64,000 bases of DNA, from IMG/VR virus record IMGVR_UViG_3300045944_000276, positions 2,514 through 66,513 of that record. The stretch is one strand, 5' to 3'. The notes beneath the pieces are model-generated. The model was not told where the DNA came from, did not search any database, and saw nothing but the letters and a program-made list of their open reading frames with translations. This document shows positions 28,102 through 37,029 of the stretch, piece after piece. Every line of letters starts with the position of its first letter. Position 1 is the first letter of the stretch. The position numbers and the translations under genes are program-made. This DNA comes from a virus.

Positions 28102-28763
28102 CAGACGTAGTCCTTCACCCGGTAGCCCTCGAGCGTGTAGAGGTAGGGCGCGAGGAGCGGGGGCACGCTGCTGGTGTCGTAGCTCGAGCGCGCCGCGGTG
28201 CCCGTGTCGAAGGCGACGGTCAACGCCCCCGAGCCCAGGCCGAGGCTCTTAAGCGGCGCGCCCCCGCCGCTGCTGGAACTCGACCCGGCATAGGACACGC
28301 CCGCGAGATCGGCGCTGCAGCGCGCGAAGGCGAGCGCCAGATCGGCGGGCACCTCGTCCTCGGGATAACCGCCCGAGTAGGTGACGCGCGCGAAGCCGCC
28401 CCACCAGGTACCCCAGCCCGGTCCCGTGTAGGGACGGCCTCCATACGGCCACGTCGAATACGGATAGATGAAGCCGCGCGCCTGGTCGAGTTGCGGCGGA
28501 ACGGGCGCCGGATCGAGCGCGGCGCCGTCGATCGCGAGCTCCACGACCGCATCGACCGGAAACCGGAAGAGCGGCAGGCGCTCGACCGCGACGATGCGGC
28601 TCTCCTCCACGACCGGGTCCACGTAGGCGAGCCCGCGCCTGCAGTGGTTCTCGAAATACGCAGTGATGACCGGCAGCGCCGCGGTAAGCGCGTCGTCCTC
28701 GTCGGTGCCGCTGATCCCGAGGAGCACCTTCACCATCTCGAGCGGGAGCAGAACCGGGCTCAC
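28101..28763 (-). CDS. Head-tail connector (adaptor)
   Basis: LEMVKVLLGI...DDAL...ENHCRR...VTYSGGY..DEVPADL...L..YR. Confidence 0.8.
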   Translation of the reverse strand: MSPVLLPLEMVKVLLGISGTDEDDALTAALPVITAYFENHCRRGLAYVDPVVEESRIVAVERLPLFRFPVDAVVELAIDGAALDPAPVPPQLDQARGFIYPYSTWPYGGRPYTGPGWGTWWGGFARVTYSGGYPEDEVPADLALAFARCSADLAGVSYAGSSSSSGGGAPLKSLGLGSGALTVAFDTGTAARSSYDTSSVPPLLAPYLYTLEGYRVKDYV

Positions 28764-29539
28764 GGCTGCCTCGGCGGTGGCAACGGTTTGCGATTCTGCG
28801 GGTCTGGCAGCGGCGGCAAATGACCAGTCATGAGTTCGCTCCGCAGTTCGGCGAGCGCGTCGCGCAGAACTTCGCGAATTGCGGGACCGAAATCCGCCTC
28901 GATGTGATCGATCGCCCCGTCGGCGTCCTGCTGCACCAGGACGAGTTTGAATCCCTGCACCTGCGCGCCGATGATCGTCCCCCCGTCGCGCCCGTCCCTG
29001 CCCGGTGCGCCATGCGGGCCGCGCTCGCCTGGCTTGCCGAGCGCCCCGCGCCCCGCCAGCAGCACGGGCGTCCCGCGCACGACGCAGAAGGTGCCGTAGT
29101 CCTTGACGTAGAGGTCGCCGTCCAGGTACCGCGCGTCGGCGTCGAAGGCGCCGCGATGGCGGAAGCCCCACGAGCCGATGCGCTCCCAGTGCGCCTCGTC
29201 GTCGGTCGGGCTCGCCGTGTCGCGCTTCGCGACGAAGTGCTGGCCCAAGTTCGCCACCACGACCGAACCCTCCCGGTACACCGCGCCCGGCTCCCACTGC
29301 GGGGCGGCGATGCCAGCGCCGTCCGCGCCATTGGCGCCGTCCCTGCCCGGCGCGCCCAGGAGCTTGCCGACGAAGGCGTCATTCGCCGCCAGGCGCTGCG
29401 CCACGAGGTCGGGATCGGCATCCTGCCCCGGTGCGCCCTGCGGGCCGGGCGTGAGTTGAAGCGCCGCGACCTGCTTTTCCAACCTGACGATGTCGTCGAC
29501 CAACGGTTCGACCGCCGCCGCGATCACTTTCTCGATCAT
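28760..29539 (-). CDS. Portal-adjacent protein with collagen-like Gly-X-Y segments
   Basis: GPQGAPGQD and GKPGERGPHGAPGRDG flank a WEPGAVYREG...W module. Homologue at 62868-63605. Confidence 0.75.
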   Translation of the reverse strand: MIEKVIAAAVEPLVDDIVRLEKQVAALQLTPGPQGAPGQDADPDLVAQRLAANDAFVGKLLGAPGRDGANGADGAGIAAPQWEPGAVYREGSVVVANLGQHFVAKRDTASPTDDEAHWERIGSWGFRHRGAFDADARYLDGDLYVKDYGTFCVVRGTPVLLAGRGALGKPGERGPHGAPGRDGRDGGTIIGAQVQGFKLVLVQQDADGAIDHIEADFGPAIREVLRDALAELRSELMTGHLPPLPDPQNRKPLPPPRQP

Positions 29540-30936
29540 GCGGCCCTCCGCTTGTAGTCACGCATGTCGATGACGATCGCCTTCGCGACAATCGCCTTTC
29601 GCTCGACGTCTTCCTCCGCGGAGGGCTCCTCGGGATCCTCTGGCAGTTCAGGCTGCTGGGCAGCGGCGGCCGCTGGCCTGTTCTTCGCGGCGATGGTCGC
29701 GGCGTGGAGCTCGGCGAGCATGTCGATCGACACCATCTGCTGCTGCAGGAAAACCGTGTCACCGCCCGCGACGGGCGGCAGGCCTTCGCCGAAGCGCCCC
29801 TCGTTCGGGGCCATCACGCCGCCTTGTATCGCCTTGGTGATGGCGTCGATGCGCACCACGTAGTCCATGCGCAGCAGAGCGCTCTCGTCGAACTCGATGT
29901 ATTCGTCGGCGGGCAGGTTGAAGCCGGCGTCGAAGCTCCTCTCGAGGTTCTCCAGGAGCGAGCCCAGGTCGAACGCGAGCCAGGAGTTGATCGTCGCCTC
30001 GACGTTGGTCATGGTCGCCTTGGAGAGGTCGCCGTAGAGCGGCGGCGGCACTCCGAAACAGCGCCCCACGTCCTCGATCGACATCCTCTGCGCCTCGATG
30101 AGTTGCGCGTCCTGCGAGCTGATGCCCATCGGGGAGAACGCGAGCCCGGCGGACAGCACCGGGATTTTCCCGGCGTTCATGCCATGCGCCTGTTCGTCGA
30201 ACGCCTCGCGCAGTTGCCTCATCTGATCGCGCGTGAGGATTTCCTTGGTCGAGAGAATCCCGCTCGGGCGGTTCATGTTCGTGTAGAACGCCGCCTGGTT
30301 ACCCGAGAGCGCGACGTTGACGCCCAGCGCCAGGGCCGCCGCCTTGATCGGCGACTCACCGATCAGCGGATGGCGCGGCGTGTGCTGGCGCAGGTGAATC
30401 ACGTCGCGCGCGGGCGCCAGGAGCGAGATCATCGCGGGCATCATCGGGTTCGAGCCGATCGAGTAGAAAACCTCGCCCGTCTCGGTATCGACATACGGCG
30501 CGCAGGTGCCGCGCGGCATCAGGTGCAGGGCGCGCACGGCGAAGCGGTCATCGCGCAGAATCAGGATGAATGCCTCGCCCTCGAAGAGCTCGGTCGCGAT
30601 CGCGTTAAGGATGAACTGCGGCCAGGTCTGGTAGCTGTTCGGCCGGCGCAGCACGCGCGAGGCGGGCGAGGTCGTCGAGGCGACGCGCCTGCCGCCGGCG
30701 CCGAGGACCTTGTGCGCGGGCGGGCAGGTCGCGATCGCCTTGGCGGTCGCCATCACGCACCTATACGCGATCGGCACGCACTGCGCGCTGCGGGCGTCGA
30801 GCGTGAGCCCCGCCTGGTAGCCATCGCCGAACGGGACCGGGAAGGGATTCCCCCGGTGCGACCAACCGACCGCCGGGCCGCGGTAGCTACCCTCCGCGCC
30901 AAAGAGCCAGGACTTGATGCGGTCGACGAGGATCAT
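29536..30936 (-). CDS. HK97-family portal protein
   Basis: RPNSYQT...G.SPI...RPSGIL...SSQDAQLIE...FGVPP...NEGR. Confidence 0.93.
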   Translation of the reverse strand: MILVDRIKSWLFGAEGSYRGPAVGWSHRGNPFPVPFGDGYQAGLTLDARSAQCVPIAYRCVMATAKAIATCPPAHKVLGAGGRRVASTTSPASRVLRRPNSYQTWPQFILNAIATELFEGEAFILILRDDRFAVRALHLMPRGTCAPYVDTETGEVFYSIGSNPMMPAMISLLAPARDVIHLRQHTPRHPLIGESPIKAAALALGVNVALSGNQAAFYTNMNRPSGILSTKEILTRDQMRQLREAFDEQAHGMNAGKIPVLSAGLAFSPMGISSQDAQLIEAQRMSIEDVGRCFGVPPPLYGDLSKATMTNVEATINSWLAFDLGSLLENLERSFDAGFNLPADEYIEFDESALLRMDYVVRIDAITKAIQGGVMAPNEGRFGEGLPPVAGGDTVFLQQQMVSIDMLAELHAATIAAKNRPAAAAAQQPELPEDPEEPSAEEDVERKAIVAKAIVIDMRDYKRRAA

Positions 30937-31178
30937 TTGCGCGATGCCGGCGGCTTTGGCCTCATCACCTTGGTGTCGTATTCCAGCGGCGGCGGCGCCT
31001 CGGGTTTCGCGGGCGGCACGGTGGTGCGTTCGCGCATCAGGAGGAGTCCGATCTGCGGGTCCTGCACGAGGTCGGCGCGGAGCAGGCGCTCGGCGAGCTC
31101 GTCATCGCCGCACTCGACGAAGCCCGTCTGGTTGTTCAGTTCCGGCAGCGGTCGAAACGCCCACACGGTGCGGCTCAT
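30933..31178 (-). CDS. Small head-module protein
   Basis: Overlaps its neighbours by ATGA. Ends YDTKVMRP. Confidence 0.65.
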   Translation of the reverse strand: MSRTVWAFRPLPELNNQTGFVECGDDELAERLLRADLVQDPQIGLLLMRERTTVPPAKPEAPPPLEYDTKVMRPKPPASRK

Positions 31179-31366
31179 GGATGCCCCCACCGCGGCGGCG
31201 GGAGGAGCCCCAGGAAGCCGCCGAGAATCACCAGGACGAAGACGAGGAGGACGGCGATCATCGCGATCTTGCGGAACGGCTCGGGCAGCGGCAGCAGCGT
31301 GACGATGTAATAAATCAGGCTAAACACCACGCACAAAATCAGCAGGTAAATAAGGAAATCAATCAC
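31175..31366 (-). CDS. Two-TM membrane protein
   Basis: Two hydrophobic helices joined by LPLPEPFRKIA. GGAG RBS. Confidence 0.75.
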   Translation of the reverse strand: MIDFLIYLLILCVVFSLIYYIVTLLPLPEPFRKIAMIAVLLVFVLVILGGFLGLLPPPRWGHP

Positions 31367-31784
31367 CGACGTGTCTCCAAATTGTTCGGCGACAAATGGC
31401 TGAAATGTTTGTCTGATTAACCTTGAAGCGATGTGCTATCTCTGTTTGATTCAACCCGTTCGCCCACAAGCGGCGAATTTCTTTGATGTCCGTCGGCGTC
31501 AAGGTGGACTTGCCTAGACGCTCCCCTTTCGCCTGTCGCCCTCGGGTCTGCCTATCAACAACATTCTGCTGATGCGTGCCCACATAGAGGTGATCTGGAT
31601 TGATACAGCGCGGATTGTCGCAACGGTGCAGCACCCACATGCCTTCAGGTATCGGACCGTTCGCCTGCTCCCACGCCAAGCGATGCTCGCGCACCGTTCG
31701 CCACCGGCCAGCACGGTCTTTAATGTGCAATAGACCGTAGCCGTCTTGGTCCTGATTGCCTGTCCCCACAATGCAGGGTGTCAT
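31359..31784 (-). CDS. HNH homing endonuclease with C-terminal HTH
   Basis: HRLAW...GPIPEGM.VLHRCDNPRCINPDHL...N. Lower GC. Confidence 0.9.
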   Translation of the reverse strand: MTPCIVGTGNQDQDGYGLLHIKDRAGRWRTVREHRLAWEQANGPIPEGMWVLHRCDNPRCINPDHLYVGTHQQNVVDRQTRGRQAKGERLGKSTLTPTDIKEIRRLWANGLNQTEIAHRFKVNQTNISAICRRTIWRHVGD

Positions 31785-31895
31785 GGTCTCGACTCCTGGC
31801 GCATGAAAGCCAGATCAGAAGCACCGCGCCGGGGCATCATTTCCCGGCCTGAGCGACCCTCGCCTCGCAACGCGGGAGCGGTGCATTGAGCTAGC

Positions 31896-32534
31896 TCACT
31901 TGGGACCAGGCTCTCCCGGTGCCGGGAAGTACCCCCAGCCGTAGTCCGGGTGATAGCCCCAACCGCCGTCCGGCGGTGGCGGCTTCCCGCCCTGCCCGCC
32001 TTCTGGCGGCTTCGGGAAGTCCACGGGCGGACCAGGAAGGTGAATCGGTGGATTCGGCCGCGGATCAGTCGGGCCCCAGATGTGCGGCGGCTTGGGCGGC
32101 TCACCGGGTTTCATGGGCGGCAGGAAAATCGGCGGCGTGGGGCGTGGATCGGTCGGGCCCCAAATGACGATGGGCGGCTCACCCGGCCCGTCCGGTTTCT
32201 GCGGAGGGATGAAGATCGGCGGCGTGGGCCGTGGATCGGTCGGGCCCCAAATGTGAACCGGCTGTGACGGGATGAATATCGGCGGCGTCGGCCTCGGATC
32301 GGTCGGGCCCCAGATCACCACTGGCGGCTTCGGCGTGTCGCCCGGTTTCATGGGCGGCAGGTAGATCGGTGGCGTGGGCCTCGGGTCTGTCGGCCCCCAG
32401 ATAACCACGGGCGGCTGCGGTTGGTCCGGAAGATGAATCGGGTGACTCGGGCGCGGATCGGTCGGCCCCCAGATACCGGGCGGACCAGACTCAACCGGCG
32501 TTACATCTACTACGCCTTGAATGTGGGCTTTCAT
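31896..32534 (-). CDS. Proline-rich repeat protein (6 x IWGPTDPRP)
   Basis: AAAGGAG RBS. DNA repeats vary at third codon positions. Confidence 0.8.
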   Translation of the reverse strand: MKAHIQGVVDVTPVESGPPGIWGPTDPRPSHPIHLPDQPQPPVVIWGPTDPRPTPPIYLPPMKPGDTPKPPVVIWGPTDPRPTPPIFIPSQPVHIWGPTDPRPTPPIFIPPQKPDGPGEPPIVIWGPTDPRPTPPIFLPPMKPGEPPKPPHIWGPTDPRPNPPIHLPGPPVDFPKPPEGGQGGKPPPPDGGWGYHPDYGWGYFPAPGEPGPK

Positions 32535-32548
32535 GCGAGGTCTCCTTT

Positions 32549-32592
32549 AAAAAAAACGGAGAGCAGCGCGGGGGAGGTTGCGCCGCTCTCCG
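32549..32592 (-). terminator. Intrinsic terminator after the capsid gene
   Basis: ggagagcggcgc...gcgctgctctcc stem followed by a T-run on the minus strand. Confidence 0.75.
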
Positions 32593-32607
32593 GTTACTGC
32601 TCGTTGC

Positions 32608-34524
32608 TTACCAGGCGACGCCGGTCAGCTCCTGCACCGGACCCACCGAATTGAGCTTCACCCAGTCAACGTCGAGGATCATGCGCAGCGCCCAGGTGTA
32701 TGTCTGGAAGAGCGAGCGCACGGGTGCCGCCACCACGTTGGGCGTGCCCGCCGAAGAAATCGGCAGCGGCGTCGTGTTTTCCTCGTGCAGCGTCGCGACG
32801 TTGCTCGTCACGAAATTGGGATTGCCCATCGAGAAGGCGTATTGATTGAAGTCGATCAAGAGCACGATGTTGGTGGGCATCGTCACCGACTGCACGACCG
32901 GAATCCCCGCGAGGTTCCCCGCTGCGGTCTCGGGGAACTGCGGCGAGCCGGTTGCCGTCAGCAGCATCGACACGGCGAACCAGTTCTTGGGGTGCATGAT
33001 CCAGCGCGGATTGGCGCCCATGTTCTGCGTCGCCATGGCGGTCAGCATGACCTTGATATCGGTCACGATGTTCGCCGCGGTCGCGCCCGAGCTCGCGCGC
33101 GTGTCGCCGGCCACGAGACCATTCCTCGCGCCTGCCGGGGCTGTGGCGCTGCCGGCGGTGTTGCTGATGAAGAGCGTATCGAGCGCCAGGCCGGTGTCCT
33201 GCACGATCGCGTTCTGGAAATAGCTCGCGAGGTCGATCGTCGAGCGCGCCAGCATCTCTTCGGTCGCCGTCAGGATGACCGCGCACGATTTCGGCGTGAG
33301 CGACTTCGAGGTGAACGTGAGCCCGCCAACGCGTATCGGCGCGCCTTCCGCGCGGAACGCGCCTGCCGCATCGGTCAGCGTGCCCGCGCGAACCGGCACG
33401 TAGATCGAATTCGCGCCGGCGAACGAGTAGCTATTCGCCGCCGGGATGACGCGCGGCAGGATCGCCGCCGGGCGCAGCATCTCCTGCAGTTGCGCGTAGC
33501 TGATCCGGGTCAGCTCCTGCGCGTAGCCGGGGACGGTCGTCATCGCCGGGTTCTGCGCCGCCTTCACCATCGTCTCGATCGCCTGCGAGCCGGGGAAGCG
33601 CGTCTCGGCGACGCGCTCCATCGCCATCGACTTCACGCGCGACTCATAGGTGACGAGCGCCATCTTCCCGAGCAGGTTCTCGGTGTCCTTCGCGTTGTCG
33701 CGCTTGACGAGCGCGGCCGCGGCCGGTCCGTCCTGGGCCCCGCGTGCGAGTCGCGCTTCGGAGCTCTTCAGCGTCGTCAACTTCCCCTCGAGCGCCTGCA
33801 CTTCGGCGTCGAGCTGGTCGGTGACCGCCTTCTGTCCGGTGAATTCGTCCGTGGCGATGTCGATCTCGCCCAGTTTCTGCGTTGCCTCGATCAGCCTGTC
33901 GCGCGCTGCCACCAGCGCGGCCTGGGTATCGACGACGAGTTCTGAAACGGTCTTCATGGGGTTTGCCTTGGATTTGGAACTGCTAACGGCAAGTGCCGGG
34001 GGTTGCTTCTGCTGCATGGAATCGGCGCTCGCTGACAGGTGTCCGGCGTCGTTCCACGTGAAACCGAGAGACTTCGCAATCTGCATCGCGCGCGGGTGCG
34101 CCGGCGCCGTGACGAGGGAAACCTCGAGGAGATCGATGTCATTGAAATGCATCCCGCCGTTCTCCTGGAGATCGCCCTTGCCCCTGAAGCCGATGGACGC
34201 GCCCAGGGGCACGCCCTCGTCGAGCCAGGTCTTCACGAGCTGCGCGAGCGGCGTCGAGACGAACCTGATGCCGCCGACCAGCGTGTCGCCGACGACCTTC
34301 AGCGCGTCCCAGTAGCCTATGACCTTGCCGTGCTCGTGCTCGAGGAGCGCGGGCAGGCGCTTGCCGACCCAGCGCTTGTAGGCCTTCGGGTCGATCGTGT
34401 CCCTGACCCGGTCGGGCGTTGCGGCGGAGAGGATGAAGCGCGCGTCGTCTTCCGGCGCGGCGGACTTCTCGATGAGAAGCGGGTGGTGCCTGGTTGCGCT
34501 GTCTACGACAACTTCGGGCGGCAC
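32608..34524 (-). CDS. Prohead protease-major capsid fusion (HK97 fold)
   Basis: N-terminal protease (EH...IG.W, ASIGF, LLEVSLVTAPA), linker, coiled-coil delta domain, then capsid domain (AEGAPI, WIMHP, LAGIPV). Confidence 0.92.
   Translation of the reverse strand: MPPEVVVDSATRHHPLLIEKSAAPEDDARFILSAATPDRVRDTIDPKAYKRWVGKRLPALLEHEHGKVIGYWDALKVVGDTLVGGIRFVSTPLAQLVKTWLDEGVPLGASIGFRGKGDLQENGGMHFNDIDLLEVSLVTAPAHPRAMQIAKSLGFTWNDAGHLSASADSMQQKQPPALAVSSSKSKANPMKTVSELVVDTQAALVAARDRLIEATQKLGEIDIATDEFTGQKAVTDQLDAEVQALEGKLTTLKSSEARLARGAQDGPAAAALVKRDNAKDTENLLGKMALVTYESRVKSMAMERVAETRFPGSQAIETMVKAAQNPAMTTVPGYAQELTRISYAQLQEMLRPAAILPRVIPAANSYSFAGANSIYVPVRAGTLTDAAGAFRAEGAPIRVGGLTFTSKSLTPKSCAVILTATEEMLARSTIDLASYFQNAIVQDTGLALDTLFISNTAGSATAPAGARNGLVAGDTRASSGATAANIVTDIKVMLTAMATQNMGANPRWIMHPKNWFAVSMLLTATGSPQFPETAAGNLAGIPVVQSVTMPTNIVLLIDFNQYAFSMGNPNFVTSNVATLHEENTTPLPISSAGTPNVVAAPVRSLFQTYTWALRMILDVDWVKLNSVGPVQELTGVAW
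34050..34065. promoter_or_regulatory. parS-like palindrome CGTTCCACGTGAAACC
   Basis: Exact GTTNCACGTGNAAC match, in the protease-capsid linker. Confidence 0.65.
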
Positions 34525-34640
34525 GGGTAGCTCCGGAGAGAGCCACCGACCGCTTGCGCGATGGATTTACGCTGTGATTGATCGTCCTGCTTGCGCCGTT
34601 CTTCCTCGCGCTCGCGCCTGCCGGGCCGATTGGAGGTCAC
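34503..34640 (-). CDS. Conserved Arg/Glu-rich micro-ORF (45 aa)
   Basis: MTSNRPGRREREEERRKQDDQSQRKSIA. Homologue of 1062-1202. Confidence 0.65.
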   Translation of the reverse strand: MTSNRPGRREREEERRKQDDQSQRKSIAQAVGGSLRSYPCRPKLS

Positions 34641-34783
34641 TTGGGGCGGGGCCTTCCACTCCCCTTACCCGGTGCCCGCCGAGGCGTCCTGGGCGCTTCA
34701 GGCGAGGCGCAGGGGCATCGCTGATATGTCCTGAACATGCGCGGGATTGTGCGCGCGAGTCCGGGCGCCGCGCCACCCAAGAA

Positions 34784-35083
34784 TTATTGGGTGTGCGGCT
34801 CACTCGCCGGGCCAGAAGCAGAAACCACAGAAAAATAGGGTTCACGTGGAACACTGCACAGCCAGTCGCGCACGGCCAGGATGCGCCGGGCGGAACGATC
34901 GCGCGGTTCCTGCGTGCGGCCGCAGCGGATCGCGGCGATGGCCTGCTCGGAGACTCCCACGGCGCGCGCGAGCTCGGCCATCGTTAGACCGAGGGAGTCT
35001 ATTTCATCGACGACCGCCGGCCAGTCGACAGCATCGCAGGAGAGCGCCGCCCTGGCTGCACCCAGTTCGATTTCGCGTGGCAT
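34784..35083 (-). CDS. XRE-type HTH protein after terL
   Basis: GLTMAELARAVGVSEQAIAAIRCGRTQEP. GGAGG RBS. Confidence 0.78.
   Translation of the reverse strand: MPREIELGAARAALSCDAVDWPAVVDEIDSLGLTMAELARAVGVSEQAIAAIRCGRTQEPRDRSARRILAVRDWLCSVPREPYFSVVSASGPASEPHTQ
34838..34853. promoter_or_regulatory. parS-like palindrome (TGTTCCACGTGAACCC on the minus strand)
   Basis: One mismatch to the core. Confidence 0.55.
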
Positions 35084-35095
35084 CTGATCCTCCCG

Positions 35096-36610
35096 TCAGG
35101 CAATCAGTGCACCAACGTCGAACGCAGGCGCCGTCACCATGAAGACACCTACAGCCATCACCGCGGCGACCAGCGGGTCGATCCGCTGCGTCGTGTGCGA
35201 CTTGTCGAGCTTCCTGTTTCCCGCCGCATCGCGCACCACGATCGCGCTGGCGGCCGCCATGTTGAGCAGCGGATGGGCGCCGTGGCGGATGCGCCCCTGC
35301 AGGAGGAGCGTCTCGAAGTGCTCCACGCGCGGACTCATCGACTGGTAGCCCTGGCCGACCTCGGACCAGGTGCTAACGACGAAGCCGTTACGCTCGGCGG
35401 CGCTCTTCGCCTCGACGATGCGCCAGCGGTCGAACGCGCACACATCGACCCGTACGCCCATGTCGTCCAGGCGGATCCTCAGCCACTGGAAGAGGAAGTC
35501 GTAGTCGATCGTGGCACCTGGCACCGCGATCAGGTGCCCGCTTCCGACCCAGGCGGTGTATGGTGCCCGGTCCCGGAGCTCGCGTTCGGGCAACCCGCGC
35601 TCGGGCGTGAAGACGAACGGCAGGAGGTGCACGCTGCCGGCGTCGTCCTGGGCGGCCAGCACGCACGCGGTAAGGTCGTTACGTTGCGAGAGGTCGAGCC
35701 CGGCGGCCACCGTGCGCCCGTCCGCGAAGATCGCCTGATCAGGAGCGGCGCCGCATGCCTTCCACACCGCCGGGGCGAGCCACTGGTGCTCAAGCGCCAC
35801 GCGCTGGTTGAGGACGTGGTTGCGGTACGCCGCCTCGGCGCCAGGCAGGCGCTTCGCCTCAGCCGCCTGGCGCAGCATCTCGCCTTGGTTCATGAACGCG
35901 CCGAAATGCGGATTGGCGGCCTTGATCGCCTTCACCCCGAACGGGTCCGTATCGACCGGCGCCGTGTAGAGCTCGATCTTGCGCTCCCGCTCTTCCCCGC
36001 GCAGCGCGTCGTCGATCAGCACCGACAGAAGATCGGCATCGCCCGGCGCCTGCGTGCTGATGATGATCGACAGCGGCTCCGGCTGCTTCGCCTGCGCCGT
36101 CTCGAGCGCCTCGTAGAGCTCGGAGCGCGGCCCGCGCACTCGCCCGAGCTCGTCGTGCACCACGAAGGCCGGCGACAGCCCGTGCGCCGTCGAGGCGTCC
36201 GCCGACAACGCCCGGTACAGCGTCCCGAGCTCGGGACAGGCGAGCTGCTTGGCCGTATCGCGGATCACGACGCTCCCGTCCAGGTCCGGAGAGAGCCGCA
36301 CGCACTTCGCCGCGTAGCCGAATAGAATCCCCGCCTGGTCGCGCGACTGCGCCGCTGAGAACAACTGGCTGTTCCGCCGCGCTTCGTGACCGCACAGGTG
36401 CAGGAGCAGCAGGAACGCCGCAAATGCCGTCTTCGCGTTGCCGCGGCCCATCGACAGGATGAAGGTCCGCGTCGGCGTGTCGTAGATCCGGCGCAGCCAG
36501 CGCTTCTGGTGCGCCGTCAGCTTGACCGGCTGCCCGACGAGCCTACCCTCCGGTATCCGACAGTAAGTCTCGATCCACCCGGCATTGCGCTGCCCGCGCG
36601 TTATTCCCAC
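35096..36610 (-). CDS. terL: Terminase large subunit
   Basis: Near-identical to 1642-3162. Confidence 0.95.
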   Translation of the reverse strand: MGITRGQRNAGWIETYCRIPEGRLVGQPVKLTAHQKRWLRRIYDTPTRTFILSMGRGNAKTAFAAFLLLLHLCGHEARRNSQLFSAAQSRDQAGILFGYAAKCVRLSPDLDGSVVIRDTAKQLACPELGTLYRALSADASTAHGLSPAFVVHDELGRVRGPRSELYEALETAQAKQPEPLSIIISTQAPGDADLLSVLIDDALRGEERERKIELYTAPVDTDPFGVKAIKAANPHFGAFMNQGEMLRQAAEAKRLPGAEAAYRNHVLNQRVALEHQWLAPAVWKACGAAPDQAIFADGRTVAAGLDLSQRNDLTACVLAAQDDAGSVHLLPFVFTPERGLPERELRDRAPYTAWVGSGHLIAVPGATIDYDFLFQWLRIRLDDMGVRVDVCAFDRWRIVEAKSAAERNGFVVSTWSEVGQGYQSMSPRVEHFETLLLQGRIRHGAHPLLNMAAASAIVVRDAAGNRKLDKSHTTQRIDPLVAAVMAVGVFMVTAPAFDVGALIA

Positions 36611-37029
36611 GGCCTGCTACCCGAGCCGTGCCGCTCCACGGCCCGCGACGCCTTCTGCGCCTGGTAGAGCGAATGATGCGTGAGCCGCATGGAGCGCGCC
36701 AGGTGCAGCACGGCCGTCGTCTCGTCACGCATCATCTTGCGCAGGCGCTCGTGTCGCCGGAAGCCGTCCGGGTCGGCGAGTACCTGCGACGTGACCTCGG
36801 CCAACTGGCCCGCGATCTGGTCTGCTCCCACTACGTGCCGGCAATAACTGACCAGCAATGGCACGTGTTCAGGTCCAAACCAGTCCGCAGGCCTCGCATT
36901 CACCGTGCGCAGCCAGACCGCCCGCTCGGCCTCAAGTTTCAACTCTGGAGGCGGCTCCGGACGCGAAATGCCGCGGATCGGGACGGCGATCGCCAGCGAA
37001 GCCGCCGATTTACGACCGTTCTGCCTCAT
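36601..37029 (-). CDS. terS: Terminase small subunit
   Basis: Homologue of 3147-3575. Confidence 0.8.
   Translation of the reverse strand: MRQNGRKSAASLAIAVPIRGISRPEPPPELKLEAERAVWLRTVNARPADWFGPEHVPLLVSYCRHVVGADQIAGQLAEVTSQVLADPDGFRRHERLRKMMRDETTAVLHLARSMRLTHHSLYQAQKASRAVERHGSGSRPWE

Noticed and set aside
31821-31884. Hammerhead ribozyme (CTGAGCGA next to stems)
   Set aside because: No correctly placed GAAA after stem II, and the core does not fit CUGANGA.
32040-32480. Regularly spaced ~27-bp DNA repeats resembling a CRISPR array
   Set aside because: The repeats vary at third codon positions, spacers keep the reading frame and resemble each other, and no cas genes are present. It is a protein repeat.
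15524-37029. Gene transfer agent or satellite
   Set aside because: The structural genes are linked to complete replication, immunity and integration modules.
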